Both the position numbers and the translations under genes were made by a program. DNA of 64,000 nt from Camelus dromedarius (lineage: Eukaryota). Positions 61,889-64,000 of the stretch are shown here, in pieces. The DNA is taken from NCBI RefSeq assembly GCF_036321535.1, contig NC_087436.1, forward strand, positions 115,942,001 through 116,006,000. Direction: 5' to 3'. The notes under the pieces were generated by a model. The model was not told the origin of the DNA, did not search any database, and saw only the letters and a list, made by a program, of their open reading frames with translations. Numbering within the stretch: the first letter of the stretch is position 1; each line of letters opens with the position of its first letter.

Positions 61889-62994
61889 ACTTTTCTGGTC
61901 ACTAAGCAAAATCAAGCCATCAGTTGCACTATCTAGTGCTGGAGGTCATGAACTTGCCATTTGGTTATTAGACTTCTAAGTGTAAACATATTATATGATA
62001 AAAAAAATTATTGTGCAGGGAGACCTTGATCTACTCACTACTTACGGCTGCGTGCCATTTGTGTCCTTCTCTGGTTTATACAAGAAAATCAAGAGAAGTT
62101 GCTTCCCAGCTAATGTCAGTCCCCTGAGGATCAGTGTGAGGCTGTGCACTGTGTGACATGCAGAGCTGCGTATACGGCAGGCACTCCGTGAACGCTGATT
62201 CTCTTTTAGCACCTACCACTCTACTTTGTAATTATTCATTACATCCTAGTATATTCGCTGGTCTGCACCCGAGACCAGGGAATACATCTTCATGCTGTTT
62301 TCACAGCACTAAGCCCATAGTGTTTAAGAAAGTGATGTAGGTTGAAGGAAGAACAGTTGCAGTTCCACTTAAAAACCTTGAAATATTATTATTCACCAGC
62401 TCTCCATCTCTAGTCTTCCCCCTTCAGTCTGTCCTCACAATGACACAGAAACAACGACGCACTCCATTCATCTCTGCAGTCCGACGCCTCAAAGTTGAAA
62501 TAAGGAAGGGAAGTTCTTCCTCTGGTGCTGTTAATAGCACACCTGGCGATAAATTAGAATTTTCCCATGAGGAAGAAACACGTTTCTTTTTGGAGTCTGA
62601 TGAATGCTCAGTTATGGATATACCACTGATAATACTGCAAAGCCTTCTTTTGCCCTTCAGGATGAAATTGATTTTATGGCGTGCTGTTACAAAGCACACC
62701 AGGTCCCTTCTGGTCTGGAGCACTCAGATCTTTCTAATTCCCTCTTTTCTCTTTGTTCTTCTAATTGTTTGCTGTCCTAGTTTGCCTGGGACTTTCCTGG
62801 TTTTAGCACATGGTTTTCATGTCCCAGGAAAACCCTCAGACCCATAAAAATTGGGATGTTGATTACCCTTCTCAGTTACCCTACTTTCATCCAATTAACT
62901 GTGAGATGCAAGGACAAAACCCATGTAACATTAATTTCTGCAGGCTTTGGCTGGCATAAAGTTCAAATACGTGGATAAATTCATGACCAGATAA

Positions 62995-63175
62995 GGCAGC
63001 CTGACATAGAAGAGCTTTGGAGTCAGAAAGGTGTGAACTGAAACCTCAGATCAGTCACATCTTCCTATGGACGCTGATTCCGTGTGTTCTACGTTCCTGA
63101 GCCTGAGTTCCATTGTGAGCAAAGGTGAGGAGCGGTAAGAAACATATCACTGACTTGTGGTAGGAATAAGACCCG
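62995..63175 (+). mobile_element. MIR SINE
   Basis: 'ggcagcctgacatagaagagctttggagtcagaaagg…cctgagcctgagttccattgtgagcaaagg'. Confidence 0.6.
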
Positions 63176-63247
63176 AACATCCTCTCACTAGCAGCCTTTA
63201 AAACCCTTGCATGAACCCGCTGTGCTATGTTCATTATGCAAACCCAG

Positions 63248-63640
63248 TGTCTTGGTCAGCTCAGGCTGCTATGACAAAAACACCATGGACTGGTAGCTTA
63301 AACAATGCCGTTCATTTCTCAGAGTTCTGGAGGCTGAGAAGTCCCAGATCAAGGTACCAGCCAATCTGATTCCTGGTGAGGGTCCTTTTCCTGGTTTGCA
63401 AAGTCTGACTTCTTGCTGTATCCTCACATGGTACAGAGAGTGATCATCTTTCTATTGCCTCTTCTTATAAGGGCACTAATCTCATTCATGGGGGCTCCAC
63501 CTCAGGACCTAATCACCTTCCAGAAGTCCTACCTCCAAACACCATCACACTGAGGGCTAGGGCTTCAACATGTGAATTTGGTGGGCTGAGTGAGGGTGGG
63601 GGGGTGAGGGGGGAGGGAAAGAGTCATGCAGTATATAATG
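63248..63640 (-). mobile_element. MaLR solo LTR (MLT1A0-like) inserted in an L2 tail
   Basis: 'gttctggaggctgagaagtcccagatcaaggtaccagc…tcttataagggcactaatctcattcatgggg'; probable TSD CCCAG/CTCAG; L2 tail 'taggtacccaataaatgtctg' resumes after it. Confidence 0.9.
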
Positions 63641-64000
63641 CTCAGTGTCCAGAACATAATAGGTACCCAATAAATGTCTGTGTAACTAACATGATATATG
63701 CAAAATACCTAAAGCATGTAGTAAGTGTTTGCTAAATGGCAGTTACGTTTAATGCTATTATTATCTTTAAAGTGAATTTGAAAAATGCCTTGAGCTCCCC
63801 CAAAGTACAAATTGCTGTGATTAGACTTGGGAGAGATGCACTTTGGAAAAATAACAACAACAACAACAAAAAACTAAGTAAAAACATGGAGTCTTGAGCT
63901 GGAACAACAACCATGTGGAAAAGCTGGAGGGGCTGGGAGCCCTGAGTTCCCTTTCTGGCTGTCCCTGTACTCACTGGGTGGCCTCTCAGCTCTCATGTGT

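Noticed and set aside
61633..61979. Lys/Glu/Arg-rich and Phe/Leu/Ser-rich ORFs
   Set aside because: Translations of the GAAA/GGAA microsatellite.
62424..62847. Longest ORFs in unique sequence (135 aa +, 99 aa -)
   Set aside because: No recognisable protein similarity or convincing exon structure; such lengths occur by chance in 64 kb. A homology search would settle it.
1..64000. CRISPR arrays, operons or other prokaryotic/viral systems
   Set aside because: No regularly spaced repeat-spacer structure and no long ORFs; content is typical mammalian non-coding DNA.

Overview
Mammalian, AT-rich, repeat-dense non-coding DNA, most likely camelid (camel/alpaca/llama): it carries a Vic-1-like tRNA-derived SINE and two young L1 3' ends of the type I recognise from camelid genomes. 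I found no protein-coding gene, RNA gene or CRISPR array that I can support. The ORF track is explained by microsatellites, repeats and chance ORFs; the one clearly recognisable peptide is an L1 ORF2 C-terminus. Much of the window is ancient eutherian transposon relics (MIR, L2, CR1/L3, MaLR MLT1/MLT2, LTR33, MER5/20/53/58, Tigger2-type MITEs). Younger ERV1-type solo LTRs cluster at 34-38 kb. The best non-repeat signals are a CpG-enriched promoter-like segment with a first-exon splice donor (about 4.3-4.7 kb), a UG-rich tract next to a possible cryptic exon (7.3-7.6 kb), and several repeat-free, motif-dense blocks that may be enhancers. Repeat family names come from my recall of consensus sequences, not a database search, and boundaries of old repeats are approximate. 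I see no convincing novel biological system; the findings are hypotheses.
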